Shown here: piece by piece, positions 30,018-40,241 of the stretch | Numbering within the stretch: position 1 is the stretch's first letter | How the letters are laid out: each line of letters opens with the position of its first letter | NCBI GenBank assembly: GCA_050290185.1 | Contig: JBNKHE010000001.1 | Span: 386,713 to 450,712, forward strand | Direction of reading: 5' to 3' | Origin: Pontiella sp. | GTDB taxonomy: Bacteria; Verrucomicrobiota; Kiritimatiellia; Kiritimatiellales; Pontiellaceae | DNA: 64,000 nucleotides | Position numbers and translations under genes: made by a program | Notes under the pieces: generated by a model | Database searches by the model: none | What the model was told of the DNA's origin: nothing | Seen by the model: only the letters and a program-made list of their open reading frames with translations

Positions 30018-31301
30018 CTATGCTTCCCCCACCAGGTACGGCTGGCATTGCGCGGCAAGCTGGGGAGAGACACGAACGAGCAGGTCGGCGTTGGTGCCTT
30101 CGTATTCCTGTTCCAGTATCGATGCGTTTTTCTGCAGGGAGGCGATCAGCTTGCCCTCGCTCAATGGAATGGAGAGACGCATCGTGACTTTGCGCCCTTT
30201 CAGACAGTCGGCCAGTTCGTCGAACAACAGGTCAATCCCCTCGCCCGTTAACGCCGAAACTGCGACGGACTTCGGGAACTGCCGCATCAACCGCTTGGCG
30301 CAATTGCGGCCCTTCTCATCATCGATCTTGTTGAAGACATAGAGCATCGGCTTGTCGAGCCCGCCGATTTCATCAAGCACCTTGTGCACCGCCTCGATTT
30401 GCGTTTCGGCCTGCGGATGCGAAACGTCGACCACATGCAGCAGCAGATCCGCCTCAACCACCTCTTCAAGTGTGGCTTTGAAGGATTCGACCAGATGGTG
30501 CGGCAGCTTCTGGATAAAGCCCACCGTATCGGTCATCAGCATCGGTTCGTGATTGGGCAGCTCAACCTGCCGCGTGGTGGGATCCAGCGTGGCAAAGAGC
30601 TGGTCTTCGGCAAAAATATCCGCGCCGGAAATGCGATTGAGCAGCGTGGATTTCCCGGCATTCGTATAACCGACAATGGAAACCAGCGCCCATCCATGGC
30701 GACGGCGGCCACGGCGCTGCTCGGAACGGCGCGCGCGCACCTGCTCTAAATCGCGCTTAAGCGTGCCGATCATTTCATTGATGCGGCGGCGGTCCACTTC
30801 GAGCTGGGTTTCCCCCGGACCGCGCAGACCGATACCGCCCTTCTGGCGCTCCAGATGGGTCCACATGCGGCGCAGACGCGGCAACAGGTATTGATGCTGC
30901 GCCAGTTCGACCTGCAGGCAACCTTCTTTCGTCTGGGCACGCTGGGCAAAAATATCGAGAATAAGCTGGGTACGGTCGAGGACGCGTACTTCCATTACTT
31001 TTTCCAGATTGCGGCCCTGGGCCGGCGAAAGATCGTCGTCGAACACCACCATTGAAACGGGGTTTTCCTTGATCCAGTCGGAGATTTCTTCGGCCTTGCC
31101 GGTACCGATGTAGTGGCCCGCCTTGATCTTCGGCTGACGCACCAGAAAACGGCCCTTCACCTCCGCCCCGGCACTTTCGGCCAGTTGCGCCAGCTCGTCC
31201 ATCGTGTCCTTGACCTTCCACTCCTCCTCGCCGCGCAATAGCACACCGACGAGCAGAACCGTCTCGGTTTCGTTATTCTGGGTTTCCAATAATTCGGACA
31301 T
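30018..31301 (-). CDS. hflX: Ribosome-splitting GTPase HflX
   Basis: DRTQLILDIFAQRA, GPGETQLEVDRR, GYTNAGKST, LFATLDPT, DTVGFI, NKID. Confidence 0.97.
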   Translation of the reverse strand: MSELLETQNNETETVLLVGVLLRGEEEWKVKDTMDELAQLAESAGAEVKGRFLVRQPKIKAGHYIGTGKAEEISDWIKENPVSMVVFDDDLSPAQGRNLEKVMEVRVLDRTQLILDIFAQRAQTKEGCLQVELAQHQYLLPRLRRMWTHLERQKGGIGLRGPGETQLEVDRRRINEMIGTLKRDLEQVRARRSEQRRGRRRHGWALVSIVGYTNAGKSTLLNRISGADIFAEDQLFATLDPTTRQVELPNHEPMLMTDTVGFIQKLPHHLVESFKATLEEVVEADLLLHVVDVSHPQAETQIEAVHKVLDEIGGLDKPMLYVFNKIDDEKGRNCAKRLMRQFPKSVAVSALTGEGIDLLFDELADCLKGRKVTMRLSIPLSEGKLIASLQKNASILEQEYEGTNADLLVRVSPQLAAQCQPYLVGEA

Positions 31302-31320
31302 AATCCTCAACTGTGTTTAC

Positions 31321-31391
31321 GAACCACACCAAATACACTAAAAGCTGCTTCAGACACATCTATTTCGTGTGATTCGTATATTTCGTGGTTC
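31321..31391. repeat. Small imperfect inverted-repeat element with 9-nt periodic arms
   Basis: GAACCACACCAAATACAC... and ...TTCGTGTGA TTCGTATAT TTCGTGGTTC between miaA and hflX. Confidence 0.55.
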
Positions 31392-32319
31392 AAAAGTGAA
31401 CCGGGGTTACGCCGAGCTTTTGCCATTTGCACTTAACCGCGTCAGCAAGTTTTTCGCGAGTTGGGTACTCTGCGGTATCAATCCACTCCACATTGAGCTG
31501 GTTGCGGAACCAGGTCATCTGGCGCTTGGCCAGCTGGCGGGTGCGGATGATGGTCTTTTCCTTAGCCTGTTCCACGTTCATTTCATTGCGGAGCACGGCA
31601 AAGGCTTCGGCATAGCCAATGGCCTGAAGCGCCGTCAGCGAAAGATCCAGATGGATCAAGTTTCGGGCTTCATCAAGCAGGCCGGCGGCATACATCTTTT
31701 CCACGCGTTGTTCGATGCGGCGAAGCAGTTCTTCACGCTCGACATGCAAGCCCACAATCGTTGGCTTTGGCCGGGCATTCCACTTCCTGGCGCTGGGAGT
31801 CCGACGTTCAAGGATCCGGACCAGACGGCGCGGGTTTTGGCGGTCATCCTCGGTCAATTGGCCATAGAGTTCCGGTGCATCCTTCTTCGCCCGCTGTTCG
31901 AGCACATTAAAATCGAGGGCTTCGAGCTCTGCGCGCAATGCCTCGTTTTCAGGAGGGAGATCATCGAACCCTTCAGTCAGGCATTTGACGTAAAGGCCGG
32001 TGCCGCCTACCACGATTATTTCCCGACCGGATTCGAAGGCAGGCCGCACTGATTCCAGATACGTAGCGACGCTGAACTTTCCGGTCGGATCAATCAGATC
32101 GACACCGGCATACTTCACCTTGCCCCGCTCTTCTGCCGAAGGCTTTGCGGTCCCTATGTCCATGCCACGGTAGAGATTCATCGAATCGGCGGAGACCACC
32201 AGCTGCCCCTGGCGTTCGGCCATGTATTGCGCCACCGCACTTTTCCCGGAGGCGGTTGGCCCCACCAGAAAGAAAGCGCACGGCGCTTGGCGCCTGGTGC
32301 ATGGCGCATCGCTAGCCAT
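31390..32319 (-). CDS. miaA: tRNA dimethylallyltransferase
   Basis: GPTASGKS, SADSM..YRGMDIGTAKP, VGGTGLY, QAIGY, TRQLAKRQMTWF. The ATG overlaps the lspA stop. Confidence 0.96.
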   Translation of the reverse strand: MASDAPCTRRQAPCAFFLVGPTASGKSAVAQYMAERQGQLVVSADSMNLYRGMDIGTAKPSAEERGKVKYAGVDLIDPTGKFSVATYLESVRPAFESGREIIVVGGTGLYVKCLTEGFDDLPPENEALRAELEALDFNVLEQRAKKDAPELYGQLTEDDRQNPRRLVRILERRTPSARKWNARPKPTIVGLHVEREELLRRIEQRVEKMYAAGLLDEARNLIHLDLSLTALQAIGYAEAFAVLRNEMNVEQAKEKTIIRTRQLAKRQMTWFRNQLNVEWIDTAEYPTREKLADAVKCKWQKLGVTPVHF

Positions 32320-32800
32320 CGCCCTGCTCCATGCCCTCTGTGCCATCCTTCCCCTCTTTTGAAGAAAGGAGATTCGTGATGACGTAGAGGCCGATGGCGA
32401 TGCAGATGGAGGAATCTGCCACATTGAACGAAGGATAGTGGTAGGAGCCGAACTGGAAATCGAGAAAGTCGGTTACCCAGCCGAAGCGAATGCGGTCCAC
32501 CAGATTTCCGGCAATGCCGCCAATCAGCAGGCCCAGTAATATTCTGTGCGACAGTTGTTCCTGCAGGAAGGAACTTCGGTAAACCAGAAGAAGGACCAGA
32601 ACCGCAACGGATATGAGAATCAGTATGAGTCCATGTCCACTGAGGATATTCCACGCCGCACCGTCGTTGCGGACGTAGACCAGATTGAAAAACCCTTCAA
32701 TGATCGGGTGGGACTCACCGTAAAGCAGATGATCCCTGACCGCCTGCTTGGTAAGTTGATCCAGAACCAGGACGATTAAACCAAGCAACAGAACCAGCAT
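32312..32800 (-). CDS. lspA: Lipoprotein signal peptidase II
   Basis: DQLTK, NDGAAW, GNLVDR, VTDF, FNVAD. Confidence 0.96.
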   Translation of the reverse strand: MLVLLLGLIVLVLDQLTKQAVRDHLLYGESHPIIEGFFNLVYVRNDGAAWNILSGHGLILILISVAVLVLLLVYRSSFLQEQLSHRILLGLLIGGIAGNLVDRIRFGWVTDFLDFQFGSYHYPSFNVADSSICIAIGLYVITNLLSSKEGKDGTEGMEQGDG

Positions 32801-32818
32801 GAATCGCCTCCGGGCAGA

Positions 32819-33397
32819 TTACATGCCGTGGATAGTGGAACCGAACGGACGGTAGGTAGCGCGGCCCCGCTCCAGTTCGGACTGGGCCTGTACGGAATAG
32901 CGGACATAGGGAAGCGCTTCAAGACGCTCGATATTGATCGCCACGTCGGTCATCTCGCAAATGCCGTAGGTACCGTTTTCGAGACGTCTGATGGCTTCAT
33001 CAATCTCGAAGAGCACATCCTGCTCATTGCTGAGCTGGTTGAGAGCAAACTCGCGGTCAAACGTATCGGTCCCCTGATCGGAAAGCGACGGATCGGGATC
33101 GCTGGGACTCAGCGAATCGCGGTTGATCGAAATGATTTCACCGGTAACGCGTTCCCGCAGTTCAAGCAGACGGCGCAGCTGCTCTTTGAGCTGCTTTTGG
33201 GTAAAATGTTTGTTCTTGGAAATCTTGCCCGTCAATGGGCCTCCGCCGGTACGGGCTACAGGCGAGGTAGGCGACTGTTTTTTGGCGGCAGGAGCCTTTT
33301 TCGCCGGTGCTTTCTTCGCAGCAGCTTTTTTGGCAGGAGCCTTCTTGGCGGCAGCCTTCTTCGCCGGGGCTTTTTTAGCGGTTTTTTTAGTAGCCAT
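32819..33397 (-). CDS. DksA/TraR-family regulator with Lys/Ala/Pro-rich N-terminal repeats
   Basis: KKAPA/KKAAA repeats; DQGTDTFDRE; EIDEAIRRLENGTYGICE..I..ERLEALP. Confidence 0.85.
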   Translation of the reverse strand: MATKKTAKKAPAKKAAAKKAPAKKAAAKKAPAKKAPAAKKQSPTSPVARTGGGPLTGKISKNKHFTQKQLKEQLRRLLELRERVTGEIISINRDSLSPSDPDPSLSDQGTDTFDREFALNQLSNEQDVLFEIDEAIRRLENGTYGICEMTDVAINIERLEALPYVRYSVQAQSELERGRATYRPFGSTIHGM

Positions 33398-33495
33398 TTT
33401 CTTCAAATCTCCAGTGCAAATTCAGCTATTCCCTGAAATAAAGGGTTGCGTATTTATCATCTGACCCCACCCCTGTCAACCTACATATACTGTTA

Positions 33496-36400
33496 TTAGG
33501 AAGCGGTCTTAATGGACAGCAAACAGGGGTGTCCGTTCAAATCCCATTGGGTTTTCATTTCACCCACGCCATCCTGCTCCTCGCACGACAGGGCAAGGGT
33601 CTCTGCTTCAATATATTCCCGGTATTCCGCAACTGCCGTGCCAATTTCGGAATCCCCCTTGAATCCGATGCGAATGCGTTGCGTGACCTCCAAATCCATC
33701 TCCTTGCGCATGCTCTGGATCTTGTTCACGAATTCGCGCGCCAGACCTTCGGTAATCAGATCGTCATTGAGCTGGGTATCCAGCCCGACCACCAGGGAAC
33801 CTTCCGCACTTACGGCCATGCCGGCCTTCGGGTTACGCACGACTTCGATATCGCCGTCCGTCAACTCGATGTTCCGACCCTCCAGTTCAACCGTAACGGT
33901 TTCCCCGGAGGAAATCGTCGTGACCTGTTCATCCGACAGGCTGTTGATCAGCGGAACGGCCTTCTTCATCAACGGACCAAGCTTGGGCCCCAGCTGTTTG
34001 AAATTGGGCTTGGCCTGGATGGTGGCTAGCTCGGAGGAGTCGGTACCGAAAACAACCTCACGAACATTCAGCTCGTCGGATATCAGGCTTTCGAGTTCCT
34101 GGATATTGGCCAACAGTTTTTCGTCGTCGCAGACGACATGCATTTTGGCCAGCGGCTGGCGGTTTTTCAACTTGTACTCGGCGCGCAGGGCGCGTCCCTG
34201 CTCGACCGCGCTCATGACAACGGCCATCTGGCCTTCAAGTACTTCGTCGCGCTTCGCATCGGCGGCGGTCGGGAAGTCGCACAGGTGGACCGATTCCGGC
34301 ATACCGTCGGTTTTCAGATTCTGGTAGATGGTTTCCGAGATGAAAGGCGTGAACGGTGCAGCAATCTTACTGAGGCCCAGCAGCACGTCGTACAATGTGG
34401 AATAAGCCTGCATCTTGTCGCCATCATCCTCGCTCTTCCAGAAACGGCGGCGCGAGCGGCGGATATACCAATTGGTCAGATCATCGATAAACTGGACAAA
34501 CGGACGGACAGCCGCCTGCAGGTCGTAGGTATCCATCGCATCGGTCACCTGCTGTTCCAGACGCGCCAGCGAGCTTTGGATCCAACGGTCCATCAGATTA
34601 TCGCGCTCCGGTACGGATTGCTCCGGCGTCCACTGATCCACATTGGAGTAGGTGATAAAGAAGCTGTAGGAATTCCACCAAGGAAGGATCAGATGGCGCA
34701 GGGCATTCTTGACTCCATCTTCCGAAAAACGGAGCGATTCGGCGCGAACCACCGGAGAATAGATCATGTAGAGGCGCAGCGCGTCGGCGCCGTATTCATT
34801 GATCACGTGGATCGGGTCGGGATAGTTCTTCAGGCGCTTGGACATCTTCAGCCCGTCCTCGGCCAGCACAAGGCCGTTGACGACAACGTTCTTGAAGGCC
34901 GGCTTGTCGAACAGCGCGGTCGAGAGCACCATCAGCGTGTAGAACCAGCCACGGGTCTGGTCGAGACCCTCCGCGATGAAGTCCGCCGGGAAGTTGGCTT
35001 CGAAGTGCTCCTTATTATCAAAGGGATAGTGGTTCTGCGCATACGGCATCGAACCGGACTCGAACCAGCAGTCGAGCACTTCCGGCGTGCGCTTGTAGGT
35101 CTTGCCGTCCTTCTCGATAATGATCTCGTCGACGAAGTGCTTGTGCAGATCCTCGACCTTCTGGCCGGAAAGCGCCTCCAGCTGTTCGATGGACGAAATG
35201 CAGATCATATCGTCCTTGTCCTCGACATTAACCCATACCGGGATACAGGAACCCCAGAAACGGTTGCGACTGATATTCCAGTCCTTGGCGTCGGCCAGCC
35301 AGTTGGCAAAGCGCTTTTCGCCGACATAGTCGGGCATCCAGTGCACGCCATCGTTGTTCTTAAGCATGCGATCACGCAGGTCTTCCACGCGTACATACCA
35401 TGCGTCGATGGCGCGGTAGACCAGCGGCGTGTCGGTACGTTCGCAGAAGGGATAGCTGTGCTGGATCGTCGATTGATGGATCAGCTTGCCGGCATGCTTG
35501 AGCGCCCGGATGATCTCCTTGTCGGCATCCTTGCAGAACTGGCCGGCATAGTCGGGAACGAGCTGGGTAAACTTGCAATCCTCGTCGAGCGGGTCAACCA
35601 GCGGGATATCGACATCCCGGCAGACGCGATAGTCGTCCTCGCCGTAGGCCGGAGCCAGATGCACGATCCCGGTGCCGTCTTCCGTCGTTACATACTCGTC
35701 GTTCAGAATCTGGAAGGAATTGGGATTGTCGGCGAAGAAATCGAAGATCGGCTCGTATTTCAGCCCCTTCAAATCGGTCCCCTTGTAGGACTTGAGGACT
35801 TCGTATTCCTCTTCCGACTTGTAGTAGGCCGAAAGGCGCGCCTGCGCCAGAACGAATACTTCGTGGGTTTCCTTGTCCTTGATCGCGACATAGTCGACGT
35901 CCGGCCCGGCGCAGATCGCCAGGTTGGAAGGCAGCGTCCACGGCGTGGTCGTCCAGATCAGCGCGCTGGCATGCTCGAATTCAAAATCAATCAGCCGGAC
36001 GCGGACGGTGACCGCCGGATCCTGCACATCCTGGTAGTTGCGGCCCGCCTCGAAGTTGGAGAGCGGCGTGTTGAGCTTCCAGCTGTAGGGCATGATGCGG
36101 TGCGCCTTGTAGATGCGTCCCTGCTCCCACAACTGCGAAAAGACCCACCAAATGGTTTCCATGAACGGCGTGTCCATGGTCTTGTAGTCGTTCTCGAAGT
36201 CGACCCAGCGACCCATGCGGGTCACCGTCTTTTCCCACTCCTCGACATATTTGGTAACCATCGAGCGGCACTGCTCGTTGAACACATCAACGCCCGCCTC
36301 TTGAATGGCCGGCGCACCCGCGAGGCCAAGCGCCTCCTGCGCAAGCGCCTCGATCGGCAGGCCGTGGCAGTCCCAGCCAAAACGGCGCGAAACATAGTGG

Positions 36401-36627
36401 CCACGCATCGCCTGGTAGCGCGGGATGATGTCTTTGATCGTTCCCGCCAGCAGATGACCGTAGTGCGGCAGACCGGTCGCAAAAGGAGGTCCGTCGTAGA
36501 AAACAAATTCCTTGCCGCCCTTGCGGATTTCCAGCGACTTCTTGAAGGTATCCTGCTCCTTCCAGAGCTTGATCACCTCTTCCTCCATCCCTGGGAAACT
36601 CACTTTGCTGGAAACATCTTTAAACAT
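33496..36627 (-). CDS. ileS: Isoleucyl-tRNA synthetase, type 2
   Basis: DGPPFATGLPHYGH, GWDCHGLP, WTTTPWTLP, WNISRNRFWG, EGLDQTRGWF, KMSKR; no C-terminal Zn finger. Confidence 0.98.
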   Translation of the reverse strand: MFKDVSSKVSFPGMEEEVIKLWKEQDTFKKSLEIRKGGKEFVFYDGPPFATGLPHYGHLLAGTIKDIIPRYQAMRGHYVSRRFGWDCHGLPIEALAQEALGLAGAPAIQEAGVDVFNEQCRSMVTKYVEEWEKTVTRMGRWVDFENDYKTMDTPFMETIWWVFSQLWEQGRIYKAHRIMPYSWKLNTPLSNFEAGRNYQDVQDPAVTVRVRLIDFEFEHASALIWTTTPWTLPSNLAICAGPDVDYVAIKDKETHEVFVLAQARLSAYYKSEEEYEVLKSYKGTDLKGLKYEPIFDFFADNPNSFQILNDEYVTTEDGTGIVHLAPAYGEDDYRVCRDVDIPLVDPLDEDCKFTQLVPDYAGQFCKDADKEIIRALKHAGKLIHQSTIQHSYPFCERTDTPLVYRAIDAWYVRVEDLRDRMLKNNDGVHWMPDYVGEKRFANWLADAKDWNISRNRFWGSCIPVWVNVEDKDDMICISSIEQLEALSGQKVEDLHKHFVDEIIIEKDGKTYKRTPEVLDCWFESGSMPYAQNHYPFDNKEHFEANFPADFIAEGLDQTRGWFYTLMVLSTALFDKPAFKNVVVNGLVLAEDGLKMSKRLKNYPDPIHVINEYGADALRLYMIYSPVVRAESLRFSEDGVKNALRHLILPWWNSYSFFITYSNVDQWTPEQSVPERDNLMDRWIQSSLARLEQQVTDAMDTYDLQAAVRPFVQFIDDLTNWYIRRSRRRFWKSEDDGDKMQAYSTLYDVLLGLSKIAAPFTPFISETIYQNLKTDGMPESVHLCDFPTAADAKRDEVLEGQMAVVMSAVEQGRALRAEYKLKNRQPLAKMHVVCDDEKLLANIQELESLISDELNVREVVFGTDSSELATIQAKPNFKQLGPKLGPLMKKAVPLINSLSDEQVTTISSGETVTVELEGRNIELTDGDIEVVRNPKAGMAVSAEGSLVVGLDTQLNDDLITEGLAREFVNKIQSMRKEMDLEVTQRIRIGFKGDSEIGTAVAEYREYIEAETLALSCEEQDGVGEMKTQWDLNGHPCLLSIKTAS

Positions 36628-36667
36628 GGCTGGCCTCTCGCACTACCTTTTCATACATAATATCTTA

Positions 36668-36730
36668 ACCACAGAGAACACAGAGGGTCACAGAGAAATC
36701 CCCTCCGCACACCTTGGTGCTCTCTGTGGT
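36668..36730. repeat. Small imperfect inverted-repeat element with CACAGAG units
   Basis: ACCACAGAGAACACAGAGGGTCACAGAG ... CTCTCTGTGGT in the ileS 5' region. Confidence 0.6.
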
Positions 36731-36831
36731 GAACTGTTCGCCCCGTGGAGGAAAGCGCAGAATGTAGCGACTGCCCTATGGGATGACAAGCAGGCAGGCG
36801 TCTGAATTTGGCTTATTTAGCCCTATAAATG

Positions 36832-36861
36832 AAAAACTCCCGCCGGATGACGGGAGTTTTT
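36832..36861 (-). terminator. Intrinsic terminator downstream of pgk
   Basis: AAAAACTCCCG-loop-CGGGAGTTTTT. Confidence 0.85.
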
Positions 36862-36883
36862 CGATCGTTTGGTTTTGAACGAC

Positions 36884-38083
<1,200 letters not shown>

Positions 38084-38410
38084 AATTCCACTCCCTGTTG
38101 GTTAAATTGAGGCGCTGATCATAAGCATATCCGAAAACGAGTCAAACGAAACCGAATGCGGCCGCGCCTTGGAGCCACTGTGTTTGTCATGAAATTTGAA
38201 AGGCCGGACCGGCCATTAATCGATTGGCCAGAACGACCATTTTCCGCATGCTTGCGGTTAGGGAACCCTTCTTCGGTTTGCCGTTGGCGGCAAGGCGTTC
38301 GCAAACCTCCCCGAAAGCGAGATTATGCTGGCTTGCGCCGACCGCGGGCATGTATAGAGCCCGGCGAATGCGTGCAACAACTTCTCTGCATCATCAAGGT
38401 GATATTTGTC

Positions 38411-39856
38411 TCAGGATAAAGCGCGGTTCCCGCCGACGAGAGAGTATACCTTGGAGTAGCCGGCGGAACGGAAGGCGTTGGCAGTGTATTGCGTGCGGAC
38501 GCCGGCGGCGCAGACGAGCAGATAGGGTTTATCTTTTTCAATCGCTGAAGGATTCCCCAACAGATCGTTCATGGGGATGTGCACATGTTCACAGGGCAAC
38601 GGTTCTGCAACCACCTCGTTCGGCTCCCGGATATCGATCACGAAAAAGTCGGAGAGATTGATTTCATTGACCGACACATCGACCGATTCGGGGAGTACCG
38701 CATCGGGTTCGTGTGCTGGACACGTCGCGTTCCGCGGCAAGGCGATCCGGCGCATGCCGTAGTCGGACAGGTTGACGATGAGCAGTTCGTTTTCGAGCCG
38801 ACCGTCGAGTTGGAGCAATTGCTTGATGGCTTCCAGCGCCTGGATGGAACCGAGCACACCGGGCACCGGTCCGAGCACGCCGGCGACCGAGCAGGATGGC
38901 ACCTCCTTTGGCGCGCCGTTTTCGTAGAGGCATTCCAGACAGGAGGAATCGGGCGTTACAACCTGCACTTGTCCCTCGAATTGGTAGATGCTGGCAAACA
39001 CCACCGGAATACCGGCCTTGATGGCCACGCGGTTGACAAGCAGCTTGGTATCCATGCAGTCGGTGCATTCGACGATGATGTCGTACTCGGACAACTGTTC
39101 AATATCGAGTTGCTGAAAAAGCACATCAAAAGCTTCGACTTCGATTTCCGGATTGTATGACTTCAGCCATTCGCCGGCCAGCGCGGCTTTGGATTCACCG
39201 AGATGGTTCGGGACATAGAGAAACTGGCGATGCAGGTTGCTGGCTTCGAGCCGGTCGTGCTCGACGATGCCGAGGTGACCAACGCCTGCGCCGGCCAGGT
39301 AGGCCAGCACCGGGCAACCCAGTCCGCCGGCGCCGACCACCAGAACACGGCTGGCCGCGAGCTTGCGCTGCCCCATCGGACCGATGGCCTTGAGGGCGGT
39401 TTGACGGCTGTAGTCCATTTTGGGTTTGTGTCCGTGCTTGGCGCATTCCTCGCAGTTGACCCAGCCGGAGTCGCCGGTGACGTAATGTTCCTTTTTCCAG
39501 ATGGGCACGCGCACCTTGATTTCGTCGATGATGTAACGGCAGGCCTTGAAGGCGGCATCGCGGTGCGGCGTGGCGACGCCGACCCATACGGCGATGTCGC
39601 CGATGGCCAGATGGCCGACGCGATGGATGCAAACGGCTTTTTCGAGGCCAAACTTTTGACGCGCTTCGTCGAGAATGCGGTTTCCTTCGGCGACGGCGAG
39701 CTGGTCGTAGGCTTCGTATTCGAGCGAAGTGACGTCATGCCCCTCGTTGTGGTTGCGCACCCAGCCTTCGAACGTCACCAGCGCCCCGCATGCGGGGTTT
39801 TCGGTTTCGGCTTTCAATTGCTCAACGTTGAGCGGTTCTGACGATAAATAAAACAT
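38411..39856 (-). CDS. Fusion of molybdopterin synthase large subunit MoaE, MoeB/ThiF adenylyltransferase and a rhodanese domain
   Basis: FEGWVRNHN, HRVGHL, PIWKKEHY (MoaE); YSRQ, VGAGGLG, SNLHRQ, CLECL..SC (MoeB); IDIRE..E, LVCAAGVRT (rhodanese). ATG at 39856. Confidence 0.88.
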   Translation of the reverse strand: MFYLSSEPLNVEQLKAETENPACGALVTFEGWVRNHNEGHDVTSLEYEAYDQLAVAEGNRILDEARQKFGLEKAVCIHRVGHLAIGDIAVWVGVATPHRDAAFKACRYIIDEIKVRVPIWKKEHYVTGDSGWVNCEECAKHGHKPKMDYSRQTALKAIGPMGQRKLAASRVLVVGAGGLGCPVLAYLAGAGVGHLGIVEHDRLEASNLHRQFLYVPNHLGESKAALAGEWLKSYNPEIEVEAFDVLFQQLDIEQLSEYDIIVECTDCMDTKLLVNRVAIKAGIPVVFASIYQFEGQVQVVTPDSSCLECLYENGAPKEVPSCSVAGVLGPVPGVLGSIQALEAIKQLLQLDGRLENELLIVNLSDYGMRRIALPRNATCPAHEPDAVLPESVDVSVNEINLSDFFVIDIREPNEVVAEPLPCEHVHIPMNDLLGNPSAIEKDKPYLLVCAAGVRTQYTANAFRSAGYSKVYSLVGGNRALS

Positions 39857-39869
39857 AGCATTCCTTGAT

Positions 39870-39933
39870 GGAGGGACACTGTCCTCAGTGTCCTCATCAC
39901 ACGAAAAGTGGACAATGAGGACATTGTCCCTCC
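39870..39933. repeat. REP/REPIN-like doublet
   Basis: GGAGGGACACTGTCCTCAGTGTCC and an inverted copy GGACAATGAGGACATTGTCCCTCC (22/24 identical). Confidence 0.7.
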
Positions 39934-39936
39934 AGG

Positions 39937-40176
39937 TTACCCTCCAGCCACCGGCGGAATAAAGACCACGGAATCGCCATCGTTCAACGACGTGTTCCAA
40001 TCCACAAAGGCGTCGTTGATGGCGAGGCGTACATGCGAGCGGCACATGGAGAAATCGTGTTTTGTTTTGAGTTGATCAAACAACGCAACGGCGTCGCCAC
40101 CATCAGTTTCAACGGTCTCAGCGCTGCATCCCGCCTCTTCGCGGAACATGGCGTAATAGTTAACGGTTATCTTCAT
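39937..40176 (-). CDS. moaD: Molybdopterin synthase sulfur carrier
   Basis: MKITVNYYAMFRE.AG, LAIND, LNDGD.V.FIPPVAGG with C-terminal GG. Confidence 0.92.
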   Translation of the reverse strand: MKITVNYYAMFREEAGCSAETVETDGGDAVALFDQLKTKHDFSMCRSHVRLAINDAFVDWNTSLNDGDSVVFIPPVAGG

Positions 40177-40180
40177 GATA

Positions 40181-40241
40181 CGTGAAACGTGAGCCGTGAA
40201 ACGTGAACCTGTAGCCACCACGTCTCAATCGTCACTCGTCA
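40181..40241. repeat. Inverted heptamer-repeat element
   Basis: CGTGAAA CGTGAGC CGTGAAA CGTGAAC ... CACGTCT CAATCGT CACTCGT CA between moaA and moaD. Confidence 0.6.

Noticed and set aside
34138..36660. 840-aa ORF on the + strand
   Set aside because: It is antisense to ileS and has no motifs; stop-free antisense frames are expected from high-GC3 codon bias.
39857..40045. N-terminal extension of the MoaE fusion in the ORF track
   Set aside because: It overlaps moaD and the REP doublet; homology begins at ATG 39856.
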